DNA of 63,683 nt from a virus (taxonomy: Duplodnaviria; Caudoviricetes), in the IMG/VR virus record IMGVR_UViG_3300021420_000031, positions 1-63,683 of that record, one strand, 5' to 3'. A model generated the notes under the pieces. It was given only the letters and a program-made list of their open reading frames with translations, searched no databases and had not been told where the DNA came from. Position 1 is the stretch's first letter. The number at the start of each line of letters is the position of its first letter. Shown here one piece after another: positions 26,783-36,735 of this stretch. Made by a program: the position numbers and the translations under genes.

Positions 26783-28344
26783 TGGCTGATCTGCCGCCGC
26801 TACCATCGGGGTTTAAGCTGGACAGTGAATCGGCTTCTGCTGGACCGGCTGCGCCGCCCTCTGGCTTCAAATTAGACGCGTCTCCATCGTCGCGTCCTGC
26901 TCCAGCAGAGCCACCATCCACTACGGCTGGCGGATTGTCCGCATCCTTTACTAGGGGTCTGGCTCCGATCGCTGCCGGAGCAGCTGTCGGCGGCGTGTTA
27001 GGTGGCCCGCCTGGCGCGGCGGCTGGTGCCGGGGCGGCTGGCCTGACCGAGCTTGCGACGGCAATCTACAAGCCGATCGCGAAGCAGATGGGGTGGCCCG
27101 ATGTCGCGTCTCCGCAAGAGATGACCGACAAGGTGTTAGATGCCGTAGGATTGAAACGCCCCAGCACAACGCCCGAACGTCTTGCTGAGACTGCTGGTGG
27201 AGTTTTGCCGTTTGGTATTACGGCCGGTGGGCTGGGCGAGGCTGTGGCTGCTAACGACGCAGGAAAGATCGACCGGTTTATAAAGTCGAATTACGACCGA
27301 GCAATCAAGCCAAGCGTGGCAGGCAAGGCCACGGCCGCCCAGCTTACGAATTACAATCAGAGCGCACGTAGCGCGATTGATTCCATTGTGGCCAACAAGC
27401 CGTCATTACGGTTCGCGGGCATCGAGGGCGAGACTACGGGCGAACTCCCGAAGACCATCGAACAATTCCGCGATGCGATTGAGCAGACCAAGCAATCTAT
27501 CTTCGAACAATATGATGCGATGGCGCGATCGGCCGGTCAGGCAGGCGCTCGGGTCGATCTTCGTCCTACGGCAGCCGAGTTACAGAAGATTGCGGCCGAC
27601 CCGGTCGTCAAGGATCTGCACCCGGAATTGGCGTCCTACGCTGAGGCGTCCGCCCAAAGACTTGCGACCAGAGGGGCATATTCGACGGTCGATGCTCAGC
27701 GCGCCGTGCAGAATCTCAATCAGTCCCTCAAGGCGTTCTATAACAATCCGACCTATGAGACCGCGTCAAGGGCAGGGGTTGACGCGATGGTCGCCAATCA
27801 GCTCAGGGGCGGCTTGGACAAGGCGATCGCGAGCGCTTCGGCACCAGGATATCAGGCGCTAAAGAACCAATACGGTGCGCTAAAGTCTATCGAAAAGGAT
27901 GTCGTGCATCGCGCGATCGTTGAAGGCCGCAAGAACCTTGGTGGCGGTCTGATGGGCAATATCGGCGATGTGGTGTCGGCCGATGAGGTGATCCGCAGTC
28001 TCCTGACCCTCAACCCGGCCGCCGGTGCACGCGGCGCGGCTCTCAAGGGCTTCACAACATTCGTGAAGCGCCTGCGTGACCCAAACCGGGCGGTGGAGAA
28101 GTTGTTCGGCGCCGCCGAGAAGCAGCAGACCGCTCGCGAGACGGCGCGCGAAGAGTTGCCGACATACCAAGAAACTCCGCCATTGGCACTGCCGCCGCCA
28201 ACGGTTATGGGGCCGGCTCAGCCGTGGACTCAGGTCGGGGAAGGGTTAATCCCTGGCGGTGGACCAAACTTCGCTATGCAGCATCCGACTCTTCCGCAGG
28301 CGGTGACTGATCCTTACGCCGCGCAACTCGGATGGCAACCATGA
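26782..28344 (+). CDS. Ejection / internal virion protein
   Basis: PSGFKLD repeats, hydrophobic Gly-rich segment, long helical body; TGATG coupling. Confidence 0.7.
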   Translation: MADLPPLPSGFKLDSESASAGPAAPPSGFKLDASPSSRPAPAEPPSTTAGGLSASFTRGLAPIAAGAAVGGVLGGPPGAAAGAGAAGLTELATAIYKPIAKQMGWPDVASPQEMTDKVLDAVGLKRPSTTPERLAETAGGVLPFGITAGGLGEAVAANDAGKIDRFIKSNYDRAIKPSVAGKATAAQLTNYNQSARSAIDSIVANKPSLRFAGIEGETTGELPKTIEQFRDAIEQTKQSIFEQYDAMARSAGQAGARVDLRPTAAELQKIAADPVVKDLHPELASYAEASAQRLATRGAYSTVDAQRAVQNLNQSLKAFYNNPTYETASRAGVDAMVANQLRGGLDKAIASASAPGYQALKNQYGALKSIEKDVVHRAIVEGRKNLGGGLMGNIGDVVSADEVIRSLLTLNPAAGARGAALKGFTTFVKRLRDPNRAVEKLFGAAEKQQTARETAREELPTYQETPPLALPPPTVMGPAQPWTQVGEGLIPGGGPNFAMQHPTLPQAVTDPYAAQLGWQP

Positions 28345-28577
28345 GTCGCCCGAAGACGATCGGTAAGCAGTTGGAGGATCTTGCGCGCGACATTCTGGGG
28401 ATGGCCGCGCTCTCGGAGACCCCGTTATCCGACAAATTAGAAGCGTTCAAGATCGTCACGACCTATCACATCGGCGTAATCAAAACGGCGAAGAACCTGC
28501 CGCCAGACGAGCCGGAGGGCGGATCGTTCGATCGGCTACGGACGGGCCTTCGGGCCGTAGGAGATAAAGATGCGTAG
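28341..28577 (+). CDS. Hypothetical protein
   Basis: ATGA coupling. Confidence 0.65.
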   Translation: MSRPKTIGKQLEDLARDILGMAALSETPLSDKLEAFKIVTTYHIGVIKTAKNLPPDEPEGGSFDRLRTGLRAVGDKDA

Positions 28578-28881
28578 TGCGCGGCTTACGCCGGTTGAAG
28601 TTGGTGACGAGAATCTGATCGGGCAAGAGCCCGAGCCTCCGGTATCGCCGCCGACAAATCACGCGGCGAATGTGCTGACCAGTCTGCTCTTTGCCAGCAT
28701 GCGGGCGTTGTCGCAGCGGGCGGTCATCGCTCTTAGCAACCTGTTCATGGCGGCGTCGGCCGCTTCAGCTTGGTGGCTTTGGTACGTGACCATGCCGGCC
28801 CCGACGGTCCCGCAACTGGTCGGCCTGACCCTGTACGCGGGGTTCATCCTTGCGCTCAACTTTATGCTTCGGAGGAAGTGA
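28570..28881 (+). CDS. Two-TM membrane protein
   Basis: Two hydrophobic helices and a C-terminal RRK. Confidence 0.7.
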   Translation: MRSARLTPVEVGDENLIGQEPEPPVSPPTNHAANVLTSLLFASMRALSQRAVIALSNLFMAASAASAWWLWYVTMPAPTVPQLVGLTLYAGFILALNFMLRRK

Positions 28882-29033
28882 TGCCTGGTGGGCGCTTCTC
28901 TTCCAAAGAGGACCGGCAAGCCTCGCATGTAGCGGCCTCGGAACGCGCTCGCGGCAAGTCGGCTAGAGAGGCCAAGCGGATTGGGTATGCCACGGTAAAT
29001 GCGCGCAAAGGCAAACGGAGTACTCGGAAATGA
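28881..29033 (+). CDS. Small basic protein
   Basis: MPGGRFSSKEDRQASHVAASERARGKSAREAKRIGYATVNARK; coupled at both ends. Confidence 0.7.
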   Translation: MPGGRFSSKEDRQASHVAASERARGKSAREAKRIGYATVNARKGKRSTRK

Positions 29034-29161
29034 CCAAGTCTGACCGCAAGAGCCGGCAGGTCGGCCAGAAACGCGTCACCGAGATTGGCAAGCGGGCGCT
29101 TGAGAGCCACGGCTGGAAACGAGCCGGTGGCCGTTCGAAGCGGAAGACTGCGAGACGCTGA
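29030..29161 (+). CDS. Small basic protein (43 aa)
   Basis: MTKSDRKSRQVGQKRVTEIGKRALESHGWKRAGGRSKRKTARR; fills the gap exactly. Confidence 0.6.
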   Translation: MTKSDRKSRQVGQKRVTEIGKRALESHGWKRAGGRSKRKTARR

Positions 29162-29767
29162 ATGTTGCTGTTCGCTCGCATAGGCATTCTAGTTGCCGCC
29201 TGTTTGGTTTACGCGCCGACGGTGCGAGCGCAGAGCTATCCGGTCTATCAAACCGGGATAACCAGTCGTGGTCACATGACGATGTGGACCGATAACGCCC
29301 ACGTCGGGGATGCCGGCGGCGCCCTAAACGGCAAGATACAGGTGCTCGGGGTCACCCCATTGCACCCTAACCAGCCCGTCGCACCGTTCTGCATCAACGA
29401 CACGTTCATTTCCAATCCGGCGGGCTATCGCGAGATTTGCATCCGTTCAGACGCGCTCGACGGCGGCGGGGAACTCACCTATGCCGCATTCGGCGGAGCG
29501 GCGGACCTTCCATTCACCATGCAGTCGGCGAACAAGCTCGTGGTGACTTCGGGCAATCAGCAAGTCGCGATGCAGAACCTGCCGCAGACTGTCGCCGGCG
29601 ATGTCCCGGTGTGCATCAATCCGGTCACTGGGCAGTTGTTTCAAGCATCCAACGTGGACCGCACGATCCTGCTGACCGATGACGCCAACTCCAAATATCT
29701 GACCGACGATTCAGGGTCGACATACCTGACCGCCACCATCCCTGCCGGGAGCTGTATCCAGCAATGA
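29162..29767 (+). CDS. Signal-peptide fibre-associated protein A
   Basis: MLLFARIGILVAACLVYAPTVRA-Q; paralogue of 31557-32138. Confidence 0.8.
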   Translation: MLLFARIGILVAACLVYAPTVRAQSYPVYQTGITSRGHMTMWTDNAHVGDAGGALNGKIQVLGVTPLHPNQPVAPFCINDTFISNPAGYREICIRSDALDGGGELTYAAFGGAADLPFTMQSANKLVVTSGNQQVAMQNLPQTVAGDVPVCINPVTGQLFQASNVDRTILLTDDANSKYLTDDSGSTYLTATIPAGSCIQQ

Positions 29768-31185
29768 TCCGATATGTTTTGGCGGCGGTTTGTTTCCTTT
29801 GGGGCGCATCGGCGGCGATCGCGCAATGCCCCGGTTCTGCGTCTCCGTGCGAGCCGTACTCGACCTTCGTCAATTCGGTCTTGCAGGCTACTACGACCAA
29901 CACAACCGACCGCTCGGCTTATGTGCATGGCGCGACAACCCAGTATGTCCCCCCAGGTCCACCGTTCAACCTTACGATCAATGCCGCCGCCGGCGCTCCG
30001 ACCGTCATCGCCAACACGCCGCTCAATGGCGCCTATATTTCCAGCGGCGGTTCAAATGTTGTGTGGTGTCCAGCATTCAATTTTGGGTGTCCGGTCCCAG
30101 GAGATCCGGCCACAATAACTGCCCAATATGCTTCTGTAGTAACGACGCACGGTGCTGCGAATTACCAAGAAAATGGCGTCATGAATGTTATGTTCGACGT
30201 TACTGGACAGATAAATTTGTGGCAGGCATCCACTTCTTATTCTGCTGGAGCATATGTTAGCGGGACTGGATATAACGTCTATGTAGAGACAGTTGCGTCC
30301 TGCACCTCTGGCAGTTCCGACCCTAGTGGAACCGGAAACGGCATCGTGGATGGCTCGTGTCTGTGGAATTATGAGGGCCCATCGCAATCGACGGCCAAAC
30401 AATCGGCGGGCTTCAGCATTTTGCCGGGGCCGGGCGGAGGGCCGGCGTGGGGTGCCGCCATTGCCAACTATATCCAGGCCGGATGGAACAGCGAGGGCGC
30501 ATTCGGTGTCGAGATTGATCTAACGAATGGCACGACTATCGATCCCACGGTCGGGTCGATCCACACTATGGACACGCTTTACCTTGGGGGTGTCACCGGA
30601 ACGAATCCGATTACGACATTAATTTACGCGAGCCCAAGTCCGAATGGAACAGTCTTTGGGTCACATAATGGCTTATGGATTAATGGACCATATGCCGTCA
30701 AAGACTACGATATATACCTTACGACTCAACATTCTTCTATCGGGATTTATACCGCTGGTAATTTCGGACAATCCGTGGTTAATGATGGCTCTACTGCGCC
30801 GACGTGGGCCGATATTACGGGAACATATCCTACATCGATGATGTATTTATTCCCAACTAGCACCCCGGCTGATATTACGATGGCTGGTCCTGGCGCTCAA
30901 ACGGGGCTATATGCTCCAGGACACTTCTCGCTCTCCGTTATAGCAGACGATGTAGCTACGACAGCAGAAACCGGAGAGGATTGGGCGGGAACTTATAGCA
31001 CCGCCGTCATTTACATGGGAGTTGCATCGGCACCAAATATGATTATAGCGCCGAACTTCTTCCTCTCGAATGTTGGCAAAGTAACCGCTGCGAGTTACGC
31101 CGCTGGTGCGTCCAATGGTGTAAGCTGTTCAGGCTCTCCGAGCGGCTCATTCGCGAGCGTCAACGGGATCGTCACTCATTGTTGA
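29764..31185 (+). CDS. Signal-peptide tailspike/fibre-like protein
   Basis: MIRYVLAAVCFLWGASAAIA-Q; CBM-like WQASTSYSAGAYV module; C-terminal SCSGSPSGSFASVNGIVTHC. Confidence 0.75.
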   Translation: MIRYVLAAVCFLWGASAAIAQCPGSASPCEPYSTFVNSVLQATTTNTTDRSAYVHGATTQYVPPGPPFNLTINAAAGAPTVIANTPLNGAYISSGGSNVVWCPAFNFGCPVPGDPATITAQYASVVTTHGAANYQENGVMNVMFDVTGQINLWQASTSYSAGAYVSGTGYNVYVETVASCTSGSSDPSGTGNGIVDGSCLWNYEGPSQSTAKQSAGFSILPGPGGGPAWGAAIANYIQAGWNSEGAFGVEIDLTNGTTIDPTVGSIHTMDTLYLGGVTGTNPITTLIYASPSPNGTVFGSHNGLWINGPYAVKDYDIYLTTQHSSIGIYTAGNFGQSVVNDGSTAPTWADITGTYPTSMMYLFPTSTPADITMAGPGAQTGLYAPGHFSLSVIADDVATTAETGEDWAGTYSTAVIYMGVASAPNMIIAPNFFLSNVGKVTAASYAAGASNGVSCSGSPSGSFASVNGIVTHC

Positions 31186-31195
31186 GGTAATCGTC

Positions 31196-31537
31196 ATGCG
31201 CTTCTTCATGCCGCCATTTTTTGTTGTGGCATTGCTCTCTGTTGCGGCACTCGGGCAATCTATATCTGCGCCCCCCAAGCAGCTACGGCCACCTCCGCCG
31301 CCCCCAACTCTGGAGAAGCCGAAGGAACCCCTGCCGATACCGCCTTCCCATGCCTCGGCAGCGCAACCGGCCATGTCGCCGTCGGCGCAAGCCGCCATGA
31401 CGAATGCGGCGATGGCGGGAATGCGGTCGGAGGGACAGGCTCTCGCGACAAGCACCATCGAGCTTGCCGCCAAGAATGACTGGTGGGCGAAGTGCGTGAC
31501 TGAACCGAAATGCGTTTCGTGGGTGAATCAGAAATAA
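31196..31537 (+). CDS. Signal-peptide Pro-rich small protein
   Basis: MRFFMPPFFVVALLSVAALG-Q; C-terminal Cys pair. Confidence 0.7.
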   Translation: MRFFMPPFFVVALLSVAALGQSISAPPKQLRPPPPPPTLEKPKEPLPIPPSHASAAQPAMSPSAQAAMTNAAMAGMRSEGQALATSTIELAAKNDWWAKCVTEPKCVSWVNQK

Positions 31538-31556
31538 CTGACGTCGGCAAGAAAAA

Positions 31557-32138
31557 ATGATCGTGTCTCGTCTGATAGTAGCCCTGTTCCTAGTGATCGT
31601 AGCGCCAACGCTGGCGGCTGCGCAGCAGAACCAGCCTGTCTATCAGAGCGGATCGATTGCACGCGGGCGAGCAGGATACTGGATCAACAATGGCGTCATC
31701 GGCGATGCGGGACCGGCTAACGCCGGGAACATCACCGAACTCGGCCTCACGAACACCGGAACGCCGTTCTGCATCAACGATCAGTTGACGACGAACCCGA
31801 CCGGCTATCATCAGTTTTGTTTGGGCGCGCTCGCGCTCGGTGGCGGCCTAATGAACTATGGGGCATATAACGGCGCCACGCCGCTGCCATTCACCGTAAG
31901 CACGGGCGGCCCGCTGATCTTCAATTCGGCGATCAACGACATAGAGGCGAAGAACCTGCCGCTTGGGCTCGGCGGCGCGGTGCAGCTTTGTATCAGTCCG
32001 ACGACCGGGGTGCTCTCCATTGCGACGGGCGGCGCGGTGTGCGGAGGGAACACGCCGCCACCGCAGTATGTCCTGCTCCAAGGCGGGGCCGGATACATTC
32101 TCCTCCAGGGTGGAGCAGGAAGGATTCTCCTACAATGA
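31557..32138 (+). CDS. Signal-peptide fibre-associated protein A'
   Basis: MIVSRLIVALFLVIVAPTLAAA-Q; shares PVYQ, GDAG, PFCIND and LPFT with 29162-29767; C-terminal LLQGGAG repeats. Confidence 0.8.
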   Translation: MIVSRLIVALFLVIVAPTLAAAQQNQPVYQSGSIARGRAGYWINNGVIGDAGPANAGNITELGLTNTGTPFCINDQLTTNPTGYHQFCLGALALGGGLMNYGAYNGATPLPFTVSTGGPLIFNSAINDIEAKNLPLGLGGAVQLCISPTTGVLSIATGGAVCGGNTPPPQYVLLQGGAGYILLQGGAGRILLQ

Positions 32139-35100
32139 AGCGCTTTATCGCCTTTCTGCTCGCCATGTGGCCGGCGCTCGCTCTGGCCGATGCCACGGTG
32201 CCGTCCTTGGCTCCAGCCACCTCGCTGTTCGGGGCATCGACCTATCTTGCGCAAACCGGGGCAGCGAACAACCAGCTCGGCTTCCTGACCTCGACTTTCT
32301 GTCTCAACTCGGGCGCTTTGACGATTTGCCCCTCCGCGATCTCGGGGTCGATGCTCGGCCCTGGCGCGGCATTAAGCAACATCGGCGCTGGCTCTATTTC
32401 GTCGTCCTATCTGGCCCCGACCGGGGTAACGCCGGGATCATACACCAATCTCAACGCAACGATCGGCGCTGACGGGCGGATCACGGGAGCGTCGAATGGT
32501 TCCGGTGGCGGTGGTGGCGGGACGCCGGGAGGCTCAAACGGGCAGGTCCAGTATAACAACTCCGGCGCGTTCGGAGGCTTCACTTTCAGCGGCGGCGTCA
32601 CGGTAAATCCTTCGACCGGCGTTGCCGTGCTGGGCAATCCTGGGCCGTCAACCCTTGGCGGCATCGAAAGTGTTGCGCAAGTCGGGGGAGAGTTCGTTCA
32701 ATACATTGATACGTCAGGCGTGCCACACCTCGCGACGCCATCAGGCGGAGGGAATGTCACTGGCCCTGGATCGTCGGTAAACAACGATCTCGCGTGCTTC
32801 AATGGGACGAGCGGCACGCTGTTGGCGGACTGCGGCATCCTCTCGACGAATGTCGTAACTCCGACAAGCACCAACACGCTGACTAACAAGTCGATATCGG
32901 CTCCTGAAGTCAATTCGGGCAACTTAGCCGCCGCTCAAATGTCGGCCAACCTGTCGGCAGCGATTGATGCGGCAGTTGGCTCGACGCAAGGCGATATCGC
33001 CTATCGCAACGCAACCGTATGGACAGTTCTGCCGCCCGGCACGACTGGCCAATTCCTAGAGACGCAGGGCGCGTCAGCTAACCCCTTGTGGGGAACGCCA
33101 TCGGGCAGCGGCAACATGACCGGCTCCGGGGCCGCCACGACGGGCGATGTCATCTGCGGCAACAACACCAGTACGCCCCTCAACACCGCCGTCGACTGCG
33201 GCTTCGCACCGAACGCGGTCGATGATCCGACGACAACAGGGATCTTCACCGCAGCGCAATGGAATAACGGCGATGAGCTCGTCGTTACGACGGCCTCGCA
33301 AACGCTTACAGCTCCGGCAAGTTCTACGCTTGCCAGGAACGGCAACGTCTTCATCCATTCGATCGCCGCTTCGACGCTCGCGGCAAATGCCGCCGACACG
33401 ATCACCTATTGGAACGGCTCGGCCGTAACCACAACGAGCACCGGCGGCTCGATTTCGCTTGGGGCTGGTGCGCTGGTTCAAGTGACTTCAAAGGTGTCCG
33501 GCAACCTTAAGGTGGCGGGTAACATCACTGGTGGCGGGTCATCAGCCTTCAGCGCGCTAACCGGCAGCACGAACACCACAGCGGCGATGGTTGTGGGGTC
33601 GGGCGCGACGCTAGGTTTTTCAGGTTCAGGGACGATCGCCGCGACCTCTGCCCCGGTATCGGGGCTCACCGGCGTCGGAACCGGGGTTCTGACCGCGCTC
33701 GGCGTAAATGTGGGAAGCGCTGGCGCGTTCGTCGTAAATGGCGGCGCGCTAGGGACACCCTCATCCGGGACGCTGACGAACGCGACTGGTTTGCCGGCCG
33801 CTTCGGTGCTGGCGGGTGCGCTCGCAAACGGCATGACCGGCACGACGCAAACGGTTGGAGACAATACGACCAAACTCGCGACCGACGCATTCGTCATCGC
33901 CAATACTGGTGGGGCAGTTAGCATTACCTCACTGACTCCAAATCTAGTTCTGTCTCCAAGCACTATCACCGGCACTGGTACTATTGCATCCACTTCCCCC
34001 ACGACCGACCAATCCGGCGGAAGCACAGCCATTGTCACTGGATACAATACCGAACTAGTCTATGTGGGCGGAGGGTTCACTTACACGCTCGCCCAAGCCG
34101 GAACCACAGGATTCACTTCCGGTTGGGGAACCTGTCTACTCAACACCGCCGCCTCAGGTAATGCCACCATCACTGCCACAACCTCGACCTTCAAGGGCGC
34201 GAGCAATACCACGAGCCTAACCCTTGCACCGGGCGATTGGTCCTGCCCGACCAGCGATGGGACGAATTATGCCACAGCTGTAGGGCACTATGCTGGAGGT
34301 GGTGGCTCGGTCTCGGTGACGGCAGGGACGCCAAATATAGTCATCACCCCTTCACCCGGCACTGGAACTTTTACTGTCGGCGCCACTGCCGCCGCGTCCG
34401 CACATAGTGGTAATGCCTCAACCTACACCTATCAGTCGAGCGACATCGCCACCACAGTCAATCGTGGCTATACCGGGGGGGCAATGGCCGACACATTGCC
34501 GAATGTCTCGGCATCCGGGTTCGGAGCCGGGGCCTCGCTTTCTGTCTGCAATATCAGCGCCAGCCAGAACGATGTGATCACCGTGAACGCGCCCAGCACG
34601 ATAGGCGGGGCGTCATCGGTGACTGTGGGACCAAATACCTGCATGGCGATCGCCGATACCGACGGGACCAACTATACTGTCCCCGCCGCTGCTCCGACCA
34701 TTTCGGGACTGGTTAACGGACAGTTGGCTATTGCTAGCGGCACGGCTTCGCTAGGTTCTAGCGTGGCCTACAGCAATTCCGGTACGGCCAGCGATGTCGT
34801 ACAAGCGACCAGTGGGGGCGTCATCGTCAATTCACTGATCAATTTCAGCCAGGAGAAATCGGCTGGCTGGCCGGCTGGCGTGAACCCCAACAACATCGTC
34901 GTTTTCACCGCCGCTCAGGCCGAAACAGTTACCGCTATCGTTGGTCGCAATGAAGTGACCGTCGGCGCGACAGCTACGCTCACCGTAAACAAGGCCCCGA
35001 GCGGCACGCCGTGTGCATCCGGGACGGCGATCTCATCCTCGTTCAATGCAAACACAAGCGCCACAACGAACCAGAGCATCATATCCGGGACACCGACTCT

Positions 35101-35200
35101 CGCGGCCGGTGACTCGGTTTGCTTCCAGACTACCGGCGGATCGAACTGGGGATCGGGAACGGGAATTGGCACGATCACAATTTCGGTTAAGCCGTCATGA
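32135..35200 (+). CDS. Long tail-fibre-like protein with signal peptide
   Basis: ATGA-coupled start MKRFIAFLLAMWPALALA-D; fibre motifs PGGSNGQVQYNNSGAFGG, GNVTGPGSS, QGDIAYR, DNTTKLATDAFV. Confidence 0.85.
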   Translation: MKRFIAFLLAMWPALALADATVPSLAPATSLFGASTYLAQTGAANNQLGFLTSTFCLNSGALTICPSAISGSMLGPGAALSNIGAGSISSSYLAPTGVTPGSYTNLNATIGADGRITGASNGSGGGGGGTPGGSNGQVQYNNSGAFGGFTFSGGVTVNPSTGVAVLGNPGPSTLGGIESVAQVGGEFVQYIDTSGVPHLATPSGGGNVTGPGSSVNNDLACFNGTSGTLLADCGILSTNVVTPTSTNTLTNKSISAPEVNSGNLAAAQMSANLSAAIDAAVGSTQGDIAYRNATVWTVLPPGTTGQFLETQGASANPLWGTPSGSGNMTGSGAATTGDVICGNNTSTPLNTAVDCGFAPNAVDDPTTTGIFTAAQWNNGDELVVTTASQTLTAPASSTLARNGNVFIHSIAASTLAANAADTITYWNGSAVTTTSTGGSISLGAGALVQVTSKVSGNLKVAGNITGGGSSAFSALTGSTNTTAAMVVGSGATLGFSGSGTIAATSAPVSGLTGVGTGVLTALGVNVGSAGAFVVNGGALGTPSSGTLTNATGLPAASVLAGALANGMTGTTQTVGDNTTKLATDAFVIANTGGAVSITSLTPNLVLSPSTITGTGTIASTSPTTDQSGGSTAIVTGYNTELVYVGGGFTYTLAQAGTTGFTSGWGTCLLNTAASGNATITATTSTFKGASNTTSLTLAPGDWSCPTSDGTNYATAVGHYAGGGGSVSVTAGTPNIVITPSPGTGTFTVGATAAASAHSGNASTYTYQSSDIATTVNRGYTGGAMADTLPNVSASGFGAGASLSVCNISASQNDVITVNAPSTIGGASSVTVGPNTCMAIADTDGTNYTVPAAAPTISGLVNGQLAIASGTASLGSSVAYSNSGTASDVVQATSGGVIVNSLINFSQEKSAGWPAGVNPNNIVVFTAAQAETVTAIVGRNEVTVGATATLTVNKAPSGTPCASGTAISSSFNANTSATTNQSIISGTPTLAAGDSVCFQTTGGSNWGSGTGIGTITISVKPS

Positions 35201-35349
35201 TGCGAGCATGGATGTTGATCGCGATCTCGCTCGCCTCGCTTGCCTGCGGCGGCTGGCTCATCGGGGCCGGTAGCAATGCAGTGCCCCCCACCACGGCAGT
35301 TCACGGAATTATTTTGCAGCGGATCGTGCTCGCGGGAGTGAAATTATGA
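35197..35349 (+). CDS. Small hydrophobic peptide (50 aa), possible lipoprotein
   Basis: MMRAWMLIAISLASLA-C...; ATGA-coupled on both sides. Confidence 0.55.
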   Translation: MMRAWMLIAISLASLACGGWLIGAGSNAVPPTTAVHGIILQRIVLAGVKL

Positions 35350-36734
35350 GGAAAATCCTTCTAGCCTCGGCGGCGCTTGTTCTGAGTGCGACCGGCGCGC
35401 TTGCGGCGGGGACATGGCTCGGTGCCGATATTCAGGATACGGGTGCGGTCAACGAGGAAATCGCCAACGCATCGTCAACCGGCACGACGCTGAATACCCT
35501 GTCCAAGTATGTCAACGGGCAAGCGGTAATCCTAGCGACCTCGGATCTCAATCTGGCCCGAGGCGTGTGCATGTCCGGATGCGGCACGACCGGAACAGCG
35601 GTGATTGCATACTCCGGCAATGCCCAGCTGCTGATCGACGCCGCACATACGCCGACTGCTGGGCATTTCGTCACGATTTCATCGACCAATGCCGGGTACG
35701 GCAGCGATACCGGGGCCGCCACCTGCCCGACCGGGGCCAGCCAAGTTGTCGGGATCGTGCAAAGTAATGTCTCGGGCAGCATCTACAATGTCAAGCTGGG
35801 GACATTCGGTTGCACCGCGTCACTGTCGGCTGGGCAATCGTCCATCACCGAATACATCTCGCACGGCACCAGCACTTACACCGCCCCGACGAACGCGACG
35901 ATCTTCCATGTGATCGTTTGTGGCGCGGCGGGCGGTGGTTCATCGGGTGTCCCCCAGGCGTCCGGTACAAGTGCTAACGGTGGCAGCGGCGGAGGCACGG
36001 GCTCATGCGTGGAATCGTACCTGACGGCCGCACAAATGGGCGCGACGGCTACTGTTGTTGCCGGTCAGGGAGGCGCCGGCGGGGGCACCTCGACGACGTT
36101 GAATGTCGGTAACAATGGCAGTGACGGAACTAACACGACTCTCACCCCCAGCGGCTCTGGCCCAGTCTTGACCGGATATCATGGTGGTGGCGGCGGCACA
36201 GCAACGACTGGGAAAGGCGCTAGTTGTGCGGGTGCAGCAACGGGCACCACGGCACCAACTACTACCTGTGTTGGTGCTGCGGCGAACGCTTTTGGATATC
36301 CAAATTTTGCCGGGACAAATGGTTTTGGCGGGTCAACGACCGCAGGAACAGGGGCAACTACAGTAAGTGTGAATTTTGCTGGCGCTAGTGCCAGTTCCGG
36401 TGGCGGCATCAGCACGTCAACCGCCTCGGCAGGAGGTGCCGGTGTGGCAACATTAGCCGAGAACTCTGTCCCCGCTGGCGGAACGTCAGGCACTACGACA
36501 GGTGGAACCGGTGGGAATGGCGTAAGCCCATCGACCTGGATTCCGTGGCTGGGTGGTGGGTCCTCAGCGGGCGGCGGCGGTTCTTGCAATAGCAATCCAT
36601 GCACCGGCGGCCCCGCCGGCACCGGTGCGCTGCTGGCAGGCGGTTCTGGCGGCGGGGCATCGGTCGGCACCTCTGGTTCCGGCGCGGGTGCGGCCGGTGG
36701 TGACGGTGCTGTATGGATCGAAGCGAAGTTCTAA
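35346..36734 (+). CDS. Signal-peptide glycine-rich adhesin/fibre-tip-like protein
   Basis: MRKILLASAALVLSATGALA-A; TYTAP...VIVCGAAGGG...GGDGAVWI glycine-rich domain. Confidence 0.8.
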   Translation: MRKILLASAALVLSATGALAAGTWLGADIQDTGAVNEEIANASSTGTTLNTLSKYVNGQAVILATSDLNLARGVCMSGCGTTGTAVIAYSGNAQLLIDAAHTPTAGHFVTISSTNAGYGSDTGAATCPTGASQVVGIVQSNVSGSIYNVKLGTFGCTASLSAGQSSITEYISHGTSTYTAPTNATIFHVIVCGAAGGGSSGVPQASGTSANGGSGGGTGSCVESYLTAAQMGATATVVAGQGGAGGGTSTTLNVGNNGSDGTNTTLTPSGSGPVLTGYHGGGGGTATTGKGASCAGAATGTTAPTTTCVGAAANAFGYPNFAGTNGFGGSTTAGTGATTVSVNFAGASASSGGGISTSTASAGGAGVATLAENSVPAGGTSGTTTGGTGGNGVSPSTWIPWLGGGSSAGGGGSCNSNPCTGGPAGTGALLAGGSGGGASVGTSGSGAGAAGGDGAVWIEAKF

Positions 36735-36735
36735 C

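Noticed and set aside
26782-26880. PSGFKLD duplicated motif as a regulatory repeat
   Set aside because: It is a protein-level low-complexity repeat at the N-terminus of an ejection protein.
31988-32134. Upstream extensions of ORFs at 19013, 22998, 26689, 31988, 36553, 37412, 44522 and 45154
   Set aside because: They overlap upstream genes. Internal starts with stop-start coupling or an RBS fit better and expose the signal peptides.
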